Shown piece by piece: positions 50,176-62,197 of a DNA stretch of 64,000 nt. Position 1 is the stretch's first letter. Each line of letters begins with the position of its first letter. This DNA comes from Torpedo marmorata. Its lineage: Eukaryota. Made by a program: the position numbers and the translations under genes. Under the pieces are notes generated by a model, which was given only the letters and a program-made list of their open reading frames with translations, had not been told where the DNA came from and searched no databases. The DNA is taken from NCBI GenBank assembly GCA_977017645.1, contig OZ360250.1, forward strand, positions 32,922,001 to 32,986,000, given 5' to 3'.

Positions 50176-50674
50176 TCAATACCCCTGAGCGTATATCCCT
50201 GCAAAAGTTAGTGGACACAGCCCAGGACATCACAGGCAAAACCCTCTCCACCATCGAGAACATCTACGGGGAACGCTGCCGTCGGAGAGCAGCAGCAATC
50301 ATCAAGGATCCACATCACCCAGCACACGCTCTGTTCTCGCTGCTACCATCAGAAAAGAGGTATAGGTGCCACAAGACTCGCACCACCAGGTTCAGGAACA
50401 GCTGCTACCCCTCCACCATCAGACTCCTCAACGACAAACTCAATCAGGGACTCATTTAAGGACTCTTACTTTTGCACTTTATTGATTTTTTTATTCTCTC
50501 TGTATTGCACAGTCAGTTTGTTTACATTTCTTTATTTGTTTACATGTATACGTTGTGTACAGTTTTACAGAATTATAGTGGTAATTCTGCCTCACCCGCC
50601 CCGCAGGAAAAAATAATCTCAGGGTTGTATGTGATGTCATGTATGTACTCTGACAATAAATCTGAAATCTGAAA
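50176..50674 (+). mobile_element. Rex1/Babar-like 3' fragment
   Basis: DPHHPAHALFSLLPS; (TCTGAAA) tail. Confidence 0.87.
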
Positions 50675-51170
50675 TTTGTCTATATACAATTCCACACATC
50701 TTCCTCGATATTTTACTTAATTTCTGTAGTATTTGGAGCACTGTGTGAGTATGTCGGAGTATGTCTTTGCCTCCAAGAAAACCATGGGCTGAAGTTCTTG
50801 TCAGCAATGTTCTGTTTACCTATGTGTCATATGTCCAAGTTTATTACAATAATAAAAGTGGTCTGCTTTAAATGAGCAGCTGGATGCTGCATGGTTGCCA
50901 TGACAATGGTAAATGGGCTCCTTGCCTTTTGCAATCATGTGAGCCATAGACTTTTAATTTCTCAGGTTTCCATGGTTCTTTTGGAGCCACAATTAAACTT
51001 CATGTAATCAGTAAAAACACAATTCTGGAGAAACTCAGCAAAGATAAAAATACATAATCGACATTTCGGGCTTGAGCCCTTCATTAAGGTATGACACCTT
51101 GTTAGGAACATAAGAATTAGGAGAAGGAGCACGACATCCGGCCCGACAAGCCTGCTCCGCCATTCAATTA

Positions 51171-51520
51171 TGTTTTTTAGACAGAAGTACCGAGATTTTC
51201 CCGTCATCAATATGCATATTTACCCTCCGGAGTGGCCGTTCACACAGGATGGACGTTTACACTAACTTTCTGCGTTGCGGTGGACGTGGGTTGACGTTGA
51301 TTCGGACGTACACAGGTACGTCGTATTCATTAACCCATTTTTGCAGACCGCCTGCAGTTCAGTTTAGACTGCAGGCAGTCCGCAAAAATGTCTAGGGCTG
51401 CTGCAGGAAAAATGCTGGGACGGAAATTAGTTACTAATTTCCTTCACAACATTTTTACACAGCCAGCGTAACGGGAAATTTCCGAGATTTTACCGTTATG
51501 CAGCGGCTGTGTAAAAGTCA
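51171..51520. mobile_element. Harbinger-like MITE with central palindrome, inside a CR1 tail
   Basis: Ends TGTTTTTTAGACAG / CTGTGTAAAAGTCA; hairpin at 51336-51390. Confidence 0.55.
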
Positions 51521-51686
51521 TAAATGAGATCATGGCTGATCTGATGTTAGGCTCATCTCCACCTACCTGCCTTTCCCCCATATCCCTTAATTCTCCTACT
51601 ATGTAAAAATCTATCCAACCTTGTGTTAAATATATTCATTGAGGTAGCCTCCACTGCTTCAATGGGCAGCGAATTCCACAGAATTC

Positions 51687-51862
51687 CATTGATGAAGGCC
51701 TCAAGCCTGAAACGTTGGTTATGTATCTTTATACCTTGATGAAGGGCTCAAGCCCGAAACTTTGGTTATGTATCTTTATCTTTGCTATATAAAGTACACT
51801 GTGTGGCCTGCTGAGTTTCTCCAGCATTGTGTTTTTACTTCTGCAGACCTTCGTGTTTTACT
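51687..51862 (+). mobile_element. Penelope pLTR with tandem hammerhead motifs
   Basis: TTGATGAAGG(C/G)CTCAAGCC(T/C)GAAAC occurs twice. Confidence 0.8.
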
Positions 51863-52211
51863 TCGTGTAATCAGGTTGTTTCAGAGTAGATAAGGTTGAC
51901 AATGCCGTTACTGCCTTGTAGTTTTGCCAATAAACTCACAAATTGTATTTGAGATGGCATTCAAGTAGTCTCGGTGCCATTTCCACTGAAATGGCAATTC
52001 CATGTTCTCGTAAATAAGGTCTTCTATGTTGAAGAGTTTACCCATGTTCTCTGCACATTAATCAGTTCAAAGCTCAGTCCAAGAATATTCCAAATTATTC
52101 CATCTTGTTAGTTTCCCTGTGACAATGTGATTCTCAGTGCCTTTCCTGGCACCAGGTCAAGAGCATCGATCTTGTAATTGTGAAATATTTCAGATATGTT
52201 GGGTTGAACAA

Positions 52212-52427
52212 CAGTAAAATCCCTGTCATCCAGAATTCAAACAACCGGCAGCCTCGAGCAATCGGCAAATAAAACTGCAGAAAATAAAAAGGTAAAAAAT
52301 ACGGAAGTTTAAAATAGCCTTGCCGTTAGTTTGCTTATCATGAAACATGCAATCTCAAGCAACCGGAAAATTCACGTATCTGGCATCTACTAACTCCCAT
52401 AGATGCCGGATACCAGGGGCTTTACTG
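52212..52427. mobile_element. TcMar-type MITE (CAGTAAAA family)
   Basis: TIRs; TA on the right. Confidence 0.78.
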
Positions 52428-52684
52428 TAAACATTTAGCTTTGATAGGACTTCTGTTTCACTCTGTGACATCAACAGTTTGCTTGTACAAAGTTACCTGC
52501 ATTAACATGACAATTTCACAGTCAATGATCACCACCTTTTATTCTTCAACATTCTTATCTGTAAAAGCCTCAAAGAATGAGTTTAAATGGTCCACAATAC
52601 TGAACTCTTTTTAAGCTTTGTCATATTTCCCATTTACGATATTTCTGCTGCCTTGCCTCCAATTCCTTTGAGCATGATCTAGAC

Positions 52685-53059
52685 CAGTGGTTTTCAAACT
52701 GCCCCCCAAACTCACATTCCACCTTAAGCAATCCCTATGCCATAAGTGCTCTGTGATTGGTAAGGGATTGCTTAAGGTGGTATGTGAGTCGGAAGGGAAG
52801 GTTGAGAACCACTGCTCTAGACCCAAATGTTACTGAAATATTTTGCTTGAGAAAAATTGTCATTGGCCCATTTCCTTTGGAGTTATGAAACCGTGCACAT
52901 AACGAGTCAATTAGGTACGATTAAAACAGTGGTTTTCAAACTTTTTCTTTCCCACTCACATACCACCTTAAGCAATCCCGTACTAATAACAGAGCACTTA
53001 TGGCATAGGGGTTGCTTAAGGTGGTATGTGAGATTAGGGGGGCAGTTTGAAAACCACTG
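52685..53059. mobile_element. Composite hAT-Charlie-like MITE
   Basis: Same structure as 34094; flanks ATCTAGAC / ATCTAATA. Confidence 0.87.
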
Positions 53060-53130
53060 ATCTAATACAATACACAAAAGTGCTGGATTAACACAGCAGG
53101 TCATACAGAATTCATGGAAAGCAATAGGTA

Positions 53131-53164
53131 GTTGACGTTTCGGGCCTGAGGCCTTCATCAGTAA
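53131..53164 (-). ncRNA. Minimal hammerhead ribozyme motif with canonical CUGAUGA core (Penelope pLTR)
   Basis: Minus strand CTGATGA-A-GGCCTCAGGCCC-GAAAC-GTC. Confidence 0.6.
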
Positions 53165-53616
53165 TGCCAAAAATCTAATGTTTTTTTTTTAGTTATATTT
53201 GTTATAGAACATAGAACATGACAGTACTGTACACGCCCTTCAGCCCTCGATGTTATATCTTTGTACATTTTCAAACTTACCCACTCTTGGTTTTTTCTTC
53301 TTGACATTTCCATATTTCCTATCCTTGTCCCCAGTGTAGTGTACCATGGGCTCAACCTACCAAACTTCTGGCAGCAACTTCCTTAACAGCCAGCAGATAG
53401 GGAAGGCGGTAGAGTTGTACAGCACAGAATTGAACCCTCTGGCCAACCACAACTTGGTGATCTTTGTTGCCTGTCTACAATGATCTCATTTGCCTGCATG
53501 CAACAGAGTTTATCGTTCTAAGATACAAGTATAAGGTCCATTGGTTGGTTCAGGGTGAATTAGTTGTAAAGCAAATATGGAAATGTCATAAGTATCCCTG
53601 TGAATGGTTGCATAAC

Positions 53617-53925
53617 TCAAGATTCAAGATTCAATTTATTGTCATAGTAATAAGACAGTGTCATATTCCATGAAATTTCTTTTTTGCCTGCTGCAAGGCA
53701 GACAGATTCGCCACCGGCAGAAATTGCCTAAGCGCCTCTAACATTCCTTTCAGTCAGAGAAAGAGAAGCAAAATAGAGTCCCCCCAGAGTCACCGAGTGT
53801 CCGTAGATTCGCCTCCAGCGCTTCCGCAGCCTCCGCAGCCACACAGAGTCCAGTCCAAACCATCGGCAACCCGAGCTCCAGATCCGAACCTCCGACACAG
53901 TCAGGAACCCTTCGGTGCCCTCTTC
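53617..53925 (-). mobile_element. GC-rich retroposon 3' fragment
   Basis: Family tail and body. Confidence 0.82.
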
Positions 53926-54089
53926 CTTGCACCTTCCCTCTTATACATTATGTGAGGTATGTGAACGTCATCATTGTACGGTCTGAGCGTGAGACAGATC
54001 CCAGTTTAGAACGGGATAGTAATTTCATTTTGGAAACCTGCCCATCTTATTTAAGATTGCAACACTGCATACCATCAGAAGCTTACATA

Positions 54090-54404
54090 CTGTATATACT
54101 CGTGTAATAGTCTAATTTTGTGGACCAATTTTTAGGGTAACATTTATGGTGTCGACTGTTACACGCATGCTACTTTTGACTGTGGTAAGTACCTGCGTCG
54201 TTCAAGGCGTCGGGAACTCAGATAGGTGGATGGCTGGGGCCGGGTGGTAAGTCCATTTTCGAGGTGTCAGGAGCTCGAATGGGCGGGCGGGCGGGGCCTA
54301 GGCAAGAGTCCGCGGTCGTGGTGTCGGGAGCTCCGGTGGGCGGGCGGCCAGGGCTAAAATAGGGTGATCGACTTTTGGACGGTATCGACCGTTACACGAG
54401 TACG
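54090..54404. mobile_element. TcMar-type MITE related to 25447
   Basis: CTGTATATACTCGTGTAATAGTC end; reverse of the 25447 body. Confidence 0.72.
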
Positions 54405-54711
54405 AAGGGTGGCCATACTTCTAAAGTCAGACAACATTTTGTACGCCACATGCAATTAACTACTGTACATAAAGAATGTATTTGTTTCCACGTGGACAAA
54501 TCTAGGTGCCTAATGCATAGCAAATTGTTAAAACCAGCTGTGAGATGCAGGTCAGTTGTATGCTTTTGGTAACAGTGGTAGAAAAAGGAGCATTGACGAT
54601 GACACTGTAATAACTTGGTGCTCTCTTCAAGCAAGGCCAAGAAATCTTTAATGTCAATGTCAACTTTTGGAATAGGGTTTTAATTCGATATCCCTTGTGG
54701 AGGAGAGCAGG

Positions 54712-55258
54712 TCAAGTCAAGTCAAGTTTATCATCATCTGATTGTACAAGTACAACCCAACAAAACAGCGTTATCAGGTCCTCGGTGCAAAATACGCAGA
54801 CACACAACCAGACACCACACATGAAGGCTCAAGCCCGAAACGTTGGTTGTGTATCTTTATCTTTGCTATATAAAGTACACTATTTGACCTGCTGAGTTTC
54901 TCCAGCATTGTGTTTTTACTTCAACCATGGTGTCTGCAGACTTTCGTGTTTTAGTTCCACCACACACATACAGACAGACAATACGTTTGCAGGACAAGTA
55001 TTTAATCTATACAAATAAATAAATATTGTTTCATGAATATGAGTCTCGGATGGTTAGTGTGAGCAGTTCCTTTGGTCGTTCAGCATTCTCACTGCCTGTG
55101 GGTAGAAGCTGTTCCTCAGCCTGGTGGTGCTGACTCTGATACTCCTGTATCTCTTTCCCGACGGGAGCAGCTGAAAGATGCTGTGTGCGGGGTGGAAGGG
55201 GTCCTCAACGATTTTGTGTGCCCTCTTCAGACAACGATCCCGGTAGATCACGTCGATG
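54712..55258 (-). mobile_element. Rex1/Babar-like 3' fragment with a nested pLTR (about 54820-54955)
   Basis: EDPFHPAHSIFQLLPSGKRYRS; (TTGAC)n tail. Confidence 0.8.
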
Positions 55259-55794
55259 GGGGGGGGGGGGGGGGGGTGGTGGAGGGAGACTCCAGTGATC
55301 CTGGAGTGAAGCGCAATCAAAGGGAGAAACAAAAAGGAATTAAAATTTCTGATTGAATTTATTTTTCCTTTACTAAAAATGTTGCTTTTGCACAGAAAGC
55401 CACTTCTGAAAGGGTCCATTAAAAGCTTTGGTCATGTTATGTGGATTAAGCTTTTATCTGTCTGGACAGTCATGAATCATTTTAGTCATCAATAAGAATT
55501 TCCCTTGAGGAAGAAGAAATCCTTCTGCTGCAAAGTCGCTCTACAGCAGGAGCAAAGGGTAGATTTTGCCTCTTACGTTGAAAATTACCTGCTTCAAAAA
55601 TAGAACCCCCTTTACACAGTTTGCTGGTAATTTTGGAAGGACAGTTATTGCTTCATCCAAACAAAATAGTGGTGATGTTTCCCACATGGACCACGTAAAA
55701 AAATCATTAAACTCTTCATAAACAGGGGGTTAACAATTTTCTTGCATGTTTTGCAGTAACTGGTTACTGTTTTACTGCATCTCCAATCTTTCAT

Positions 55795-56107
55795 GGGATC
55801 TAGGGGACATAGCCTCAAGATTCAGGGGAGTAGATTTAGGACGGAGATGAGGAGGAACTGCTTTTCCCAGAGGGTGGTGAATCTGTGGAATTCGCTGCCC
55901 ATTGAAGCGGTGAAGGCTACCTCAATAAATATATTTAAGACAAGGTTGGATAGATTTCTACAAAGTAGGGGAATTAAGGGATATGGGGAAAAGGCAGGTA
56001 GGTGGAGATGAGCCTATCATCAGATCAGCCATGATCTCACTGAATGGCGAAGCAGGCTCGACGGGCCGGATGGCCGACTCCTGCTCCTATTTCTTATATT
56101 CTTTATG
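55795..56107 (+). mobile_element. CR1 3' end
   Basis: RGHSLKIQG...FSQRVVNLWNSLP. Confidence 0.87.
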
Positions 56108-56204
56108 CTACAATGCTTCTTGTATTCCTGTGTTTTTAATCTTAGTTGGACAATATAGTGGGCAAAGTGCAATTTGGGCTATACTGTTAACAAAGATTTG
56201 TTTG

Positions 56205-56475
56205 TCCTCTCTGTTGGATGTGAAAGATCCCATGGCACTATTTATAATGAAAAGTGAAAGTTCTTCCGATGTGCTAACCAACACTTAACCCTCAACCAGA
56301 AAGTAAAAAAAAACAGATGACCTGGCAAATGGCTTAATTGCTATTTGTGGGATTCTCCATATTTTGTACATTACAGCAATGATTACAATTCACACGAAGT
56401 GTTCATTTGTCTGTAAAGTGTTTTGGGAGGCCCTGAGGTTGTAAAGGATTGTAAAATAACTGTAAGTCTTTCTAT
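56205..56475 (+). mobile_element. Old Deu-domain SINE (SacSINE1/AmnSINE-like) remnant
   Basis: GATGTGAAAGATCCCATGGCACTATTT...TTGCTATTTGTGGGA...CTGTAAAGTGTTTTGGGA. Confidence 0.65.
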
Positions 56476-56654
56476 TGTTTCCACCAGCTGTGCTCACCAG
56501 TATAATCAGTCCGAATTTGCAGGAAAACAATGGAACAGCAGCTCCAAAGAAATGTAAAGCTCCTTTTTTAAGTTCAGGGCAGTTTTTGGTTTGAAGTGAA
56601 TGTCTGAGTAAGTTCTGTCTAAATCTCAATGTTAATGGCAAAGTGCACTCATCC

Positions 56655-57250
56655 TGTGGCTTGGTATGACAACACCATCTACAAATTAGCTGACGATACC
56701 ACGGTAGTCGGTTGTATAAAAAGGGACAATGAGTCAGCATACAGGAGGGAGATTGAAAACTTGGCTGAATGGTGCACCGACAACAACCTCGCACTCAATG
56801 TCACCAAAACCAAGGAGCTGATTGTTGACTTCAGGAATGGAAAACCAGAGGTATACAATCCAGTGATCATTGGGGGATTAGAGGTGGAGTGGGTGAGCAA
56901 ATTTAAGTTCTTGGGAGTCAAGTCAAGTCACCTTTATTTGTCATTCATACCATAACTACTAATGCAATGCACAGTAAAGGCGAGATAGCGTTTCTCCAGG
57001 ACCATGGAGCAAATTTACATAAATAGAAGTTAAATATTAGTCGTAATACAATAAAAAATCTATGATATACTAATACATATATATTTCTATACATTGAGGA
57101 GCCTGATGGCTTGGGGGAAAAAAACTGTTGCACAATCTGGACGTGTGGGCCCGAACGCTACGATACCTCCTTCCAGATGGCAGAAGGGAGAAAAGTTTAC
57201 AAGAGGGGTGTGAGAAGTCCTTCACAATGTTATTTGCCTTCCGCATGCAT
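56655..57250. mobile_element. Two abutting Rex1/Babar fragments (plus 56655-56918, minus 56919-57250)
   Basis: YKLADDTTVVG...FKFLGV on plus; LLPSGRRYRS on minus. Confidence 0.78.
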
Positions 57251-57584
57251 TGTGCACCACAATGTTTCAGAGGGCAGTTTGGTCCAGAAGTCCAGCGGTG
57301 TCCGGCAAAAGAGAAACAAACTCCCCTTACTACCCTAACCTTAACCGTAAACCACCCTGGCACCATCAAAAGATTTGTCTGCACGATTGAAACATTACTT
57401 TTTTTCTTGCACTAACTGCATCTCTGAATATTTATTAATGTATGCTTTTATTTTTATTTTCTCTTTTTCTGTCTTGGTATGTTGGGGTAACTTATTTCAT
57501 CCTACTGTAGTTGTTGTACCTTGGGTACCTGTGTGACTGCAGCAAGTAAGAATATCAGCGCATCTGCACATTTAATTTAATTTT

Positions 57585-57778
57585 TAATTTTGAGATACAG
57601 CACGAAAACAGGCCGACGAACCTGTGCCGCCCAAATACACCAATTAGCCCCGTACGTTTTAGGAGGGTGGGAAGAAACCGGAGCACCCGGAGGAAACCCA
57701 CGCAGACATGGAGAGAATGTACAAACTCCTTACAGACAGCGCTGGATTCGAACCCGGGTCGCTGGCGTTAACAGCGCC
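57585..57778 (-). mobile_element. V-SINE-like element
   Basis: Family core. Confidence 0.82.
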
Positions 57779-57976
57779 ACCCTTGTATATGACAATAAAC
57801 TCTGATCTCATCCAACACGCTATGATAATTAATCTGCCATTGTACACCTATATCACATAAGTATGATGCATTACTGTACTATTCTAACAATTTTACACTG
57901 TGTACTACTTTAGTGCAGCTAAATTTCAACCGTGATATGGGTTGTGTTGTAAAGTGTGTCAAGCAGGATTCATTAA

Positions 57977-58142
57977 GAGTAAAACACGAAAGTCTGCAGA
58001 CACCATGATTGAAGTAAAAACACAATTCTGGAGAAACTCAGCAGGTCAAACAGCATACTTTATGTAGTAAAGATAAAGATACATAACCAAGGTTTCGGGC
58101 TTGAGCACTTCATCAAGGTATGAGCAAAATTGAGGCAGGCAT
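57977..58142 (-). mobile_element. Penelope pLTR
   Basis: pLTR and hammerhead motif. Confidence 0.78.
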
Positions 58143-58956
58143 CTGTGAGATAAAAATTTGCCCTTGGTTACTCTTGCTTGAAAGCAGCAGAGAATTACCT
58201 GCTTTTTTCACTGTTCTCCTGAAGACCAGCTTCATTGACTTCAAAACAGACGTGCATTTTCACCCTTGAATGCAAGGCGAGTTCAGACTTCCTACATGCA
58301 GCAGCCCGATGGTTTAATAAATCAGTTGACAGGAAGTAAATGATCATTAAAATTGTTGGGGCGTCGAGGGAGCATCCTCGCATCAGCTGGTCACTGCTCA
58401 GAGGCAATTGTTCACAGGCTCGCACGGAGTGAAGTCACTCTCCCAATCCGAATATTTACATGATGCATGGCGCTTAAAACACACTGTGCCTGGAGAAAAA
58501 TTACTGGTTTGAATGGGCCAATTAAATTAATTAGTTAACTAACCCATCACACTTTGCTTTGCAAAGGAGTAGAATATTAAATAATAAGTCAAATCAGGTC
58601 AGACTCATCCATCAGAGGAGGTGTAAGATTTATCCTGCTACTCCAAAGGAGGTGTTAAATATAGGTTGTCCTGCTGTCAATGGTCACCATTCTCTCAGCA
58701 TTTCCTCTTTTCCCATTGGATTTCCTCCTAATGGAATTAAATTTGTGTCCAAAAGTAAAAATATATTCACAGCTGTATAGTTGTCTTTTGCATGTAATTT
58801 TTTTTTCAATTTCCTTAAAACATATTCACTGTTTTAACCTCTAAAGCCCTCTGTGGTCATGAATTCCACAGATTCACCACCCTCTGAGCGAAGAAATTTC
58901 TCCTTATCTCAGTCCTAAATCTCTTGCTGTGTCACCTGAGGCAGTAACTCCTCATT

Positions 58957-59400
58957 CAGATTTCAGATTCAGATTTCAGATTTATTGTCAGAGTACATAC
59001 ATGACATCACATACAACCCTGAGATTCTTTTTCTTGCGGGCCAGGCAGAATTACCACTTATTGGTGATGTACTCAAACTGTACTCAACTTACACATGTAA
59101 ACGAATAAGGAAATGTAAACAAACTGACTGTGCAATACAGAGCGAAAAAAATCAATAAAGTGCAAACGTAAGAGTCCTTAAATGAGTCCCTGATTGAGTT
59201 TGTTGTTGAGGAGTCTGATGGTGGAGGGGTAGCAGCTGTTCCTGAACCTGGTGGTGCGAGTCTTGTGGCACCTATACCTCTTTCCCGATGGTAGCAGTGA
59301 GAACAGTGCGTATGCTGGGTGATGTGGATCCTTGATGATTGCTGCTGCTCTCCGACGGCAGCGTTCCCTGTAGATGTTCTCGATGGAGGGGAGGGTTTTA
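58957..59400 (-). mobile_element. Rex1/Babar-like 3' fragment
   Basis: Reverse of the 50176 copy. Confidence 0.85.
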
Positions 59401-59628
59401 CTTATTCTAACTGGGGAAACATCCTCTCCGCATTCAGTCTGAATGCCCTGTCAGAATGTTGTAAGCTTCTATTAGATCTCCTCTCATTCTTCTTAGCAAA
59501 ACTAGTCGACATTTTCGTTCCTCCTCTGACGGTCTTGTTGGTCCAGGAACCAGTCTGGTGAACCTGCACTGTACTCACTCTATGGCAAGGGTATCCTTTC
59601 TTAGCTAAGGAGTCCATAACTACATATA

Positions 59629-59834
59629 CAGTAAAATCCCCGTTATTCAGAATTCAAGCAACCGGCAAAAAAAAGTGGAAAATAAATAGGTAAAAAATAC
59701 GAATGTTTAAAATTGGCAATAAAAACTAGCGGTTAGTTCGCCATTCACGCAACACGCAATCTCAAGCAACCGGAAAATTCACTTATCCGGCATCTACCAA
59801 TCCCCATGGGTGCTGGATACCGGAGGTTTTACTA
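59629..59834. mobile_element. TcMar-type MITE (CAGTAAAA family)
   Basis: TIRs; TA flanks. Confidence 0.78.
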
Positions 59835-60414
59835 TACTGCTCCACATTGGTTTCACTAACACCCATAAGACGTAGGAGCAGAAATAAGCCCATGAGTCTG
59901 CCCTGCCATTTAGTCATGAGCTGATCCATTTTCCCACTCAACCCCACTGCCCGGCCTTCTCCCCATAACCTTTGATGCTCTGTATAATTACTGCAGACAA
60001 CTTTGGTTCCTGTACTCAAATCATCTTGCTAACCATTTACCTTTATAAACATGCACTGCACCTGTGTTTGCTTTTATTGACTAGTGTACAAGGGCACCAT
60101 GTGTCTTTGTATATCACCTCCCAAAATAACACAATTTAAACAGTGCACACCTGCTTTATGTTTTTTCCTCTGCTGGAGTGGATAACTTCACTTCAATCCA
60201 TGTTTTATTAAATCCACATTATATCAGAGGGATAAGGGCATGGACATCTTGTGGATAACAAAAATGCAGATACCACTAGGCCATCTCCTTTGTACCCAAT
60301 ATACCACCCAAGAAATATAAATACACCCAACAATGTTTGAAAAGAAGTACCGCAAACATGTTTAAATGTTTAAATACCTAAAAAAAAATTGCCTCCCTGA
60401 CACAAGACCCACTA

Positions 60415-60961
60415 CAGGTGCTCCCCTACTTACGATGGTCCGACTTAAGATTTTTCGAAGTTACGATGGTTCGAATCCGTACTTTCAATTTCGAATTTCG
60501 ATCTGTTCCCGCGCTTGCTATATGCGGTACGCTACTCTCTCGCGATGCTGGGCGATGGCAGCATCGCGCGAGAGTATCGTAGCATACTCTCTCGTGATGC
60601 TGACTCAACCACGCTCGCAGTCTCTGTAGCGATCACGCAAACGAGTGCACTATAAATAACCCATCATGTCTACTAAACGCCCATGTGTGCCTCCTGCTTC
60701 TGGTGAGAAGAAAAAGAGGAAAGCAATTACTCTGGAGGCGAAACTGAAGACACTTGCTCAGCATGAAGGCGGCAAGCCGGTAATGGCTATAGCACGTGAG
60801 TTAGGACTTTAATCTTTTTTTCAGTGTGGAATAAAGGTACCCTGTATTCAAAATGTAATTATAAAAAATGGTAGGTGCGGTATTCTTTTTCGACTTACGA
60901 TTTTTTCGACTTACGATGGGTTTGCCGGAACGTAACCCCATTGTACATTGAGGAGCACCTA
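60415..60961 (+). mobile_element. Tigger-like internally deleted transposon with transposase N-terminus
   Basis: TIR CAGGTGCTCC; TA flanks; 60666-60812 encodes MSTKRP...KRKAITLEAKLKTLAQHEGGKPVMAIARELGL (psq-type HTH). Confidence 0.88.
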
Positions 60962-61332
60962 TAATAAATCTGTGATTTTCGAAATGTGAGTAAATCCTGT
61001 CCCTAAGAATTTTCTCCACACTGTTGTAAAGCTCACAAGCCTATCATTTCCCAGTTAGTTCGACAAAGGAACAACGTTGGCTATTTTCCAGTCTTATGGC
61101 ACCTCGCCCTTGGCCAAAGTGGATGCCAAGATCTCTGTCAAGGCTCTTGCGATCACTTCCCTCGCTCCCCTCAGTATCTTGGGATAGATCCCAACAGGCC
61201 CTGGGGGTTTGGCCTATTCACCTTGATGATTCTCAGGACCACCGACCCCTCCTCCTTCTTAATATCTATATGTACTGGAATATCAACATACCCCTCCCTA
61301 ATCTCACCATCATCCATGTCCTCCTCCTTGGC

Positions 61333-61545
61333 AATGCTATTACAGCGCCAGCAACCCGGGTTCAAATCCGGCGCTGTCTGAAAGGAGTTTGTACGTTCTC
61401 CCTGTGACCGCGTGTGTTTTTTCCTGGGGCTCCGGTTTCCTCCAACCCTCCAGAAACGTACGGACTTGTAGGTTAATTGCTGTATTTTGGCGGCACGAGC
61501 TCATGGGCTGGAAGGGCCTGTCACTGTGCTGTATGTCTAAAATTT
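61333..61545 (+). mobile_element. V-SINE-like element within an old CR1
   Basis: Family core. Confidence 0.8.
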
Positions 61546-61689
61546 TTAAAAAATTAAAAAATTAAAAATATCAATGTAAATACCCATTAAGATCCTCAAT
61601 CACTTCCTCTGGCTCTAGGCATAAATGGCTTTCTGTGCCCTTAAGTTGACCTACCCTTTCCCTTGCCTACCCTCTTAATTTTTATTTAA

Positions 61690-61921
61690 AAAAAAATTTA
61701 GACAAACAGCACGGTAACAAGCCATTTCGGCCCACGAGTCTGTGCCGCCCAATTAACCTACACCCCCGGTACGTTTTGAATGGTGGGAGGAAACTGGAGC
61801 CCCCAGGGAAAACCCACGCAGACATGGGGAGAACGTACCAACTCCTTACAGACAGCGCAGGATTCGAACCCCGGTCCCGTTCACTGGCTTTGTAACGGCA
61901 TTGCGCTAACCGCTACGCCAA
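61690..61921 (-). mobile_element. V-SINE-like element
   Basis: Family core. Confidence 0.83.
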
Positions 61922-62197
61922 CTTGCTCCTCGTATGTGTACAAAATCCCTTGCGGTTTTCCTTAATCCTACTTGCCAAGGGCATTTGATGGCCTCTTTTT
62001 GCCCTCCTAGCTTCTTGTTCAAGTTCTTTCCTGCTTCCTTTATATTCCTCGAGGGCTTTTTCCAGTCTGAACCTCCTAAACCTTTCATTCAGCAATCATG
62101 TTGTACGCCTTCTCGTTGCTGTTTCGCCATTTTGCTTTGTGAACATTGGCTGATGTTCTTCTCCCATTACAACAGTGACTACACTTCCAGTGCATTT

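Noticed and set aside
58199-58291. Possible 93-nt minus-strand exon (TAG acceptor, CAG|GTAATT donor)
   Set aside because: Weak pyrimidine tract and unrecognisable peptide; needs RNA evidence
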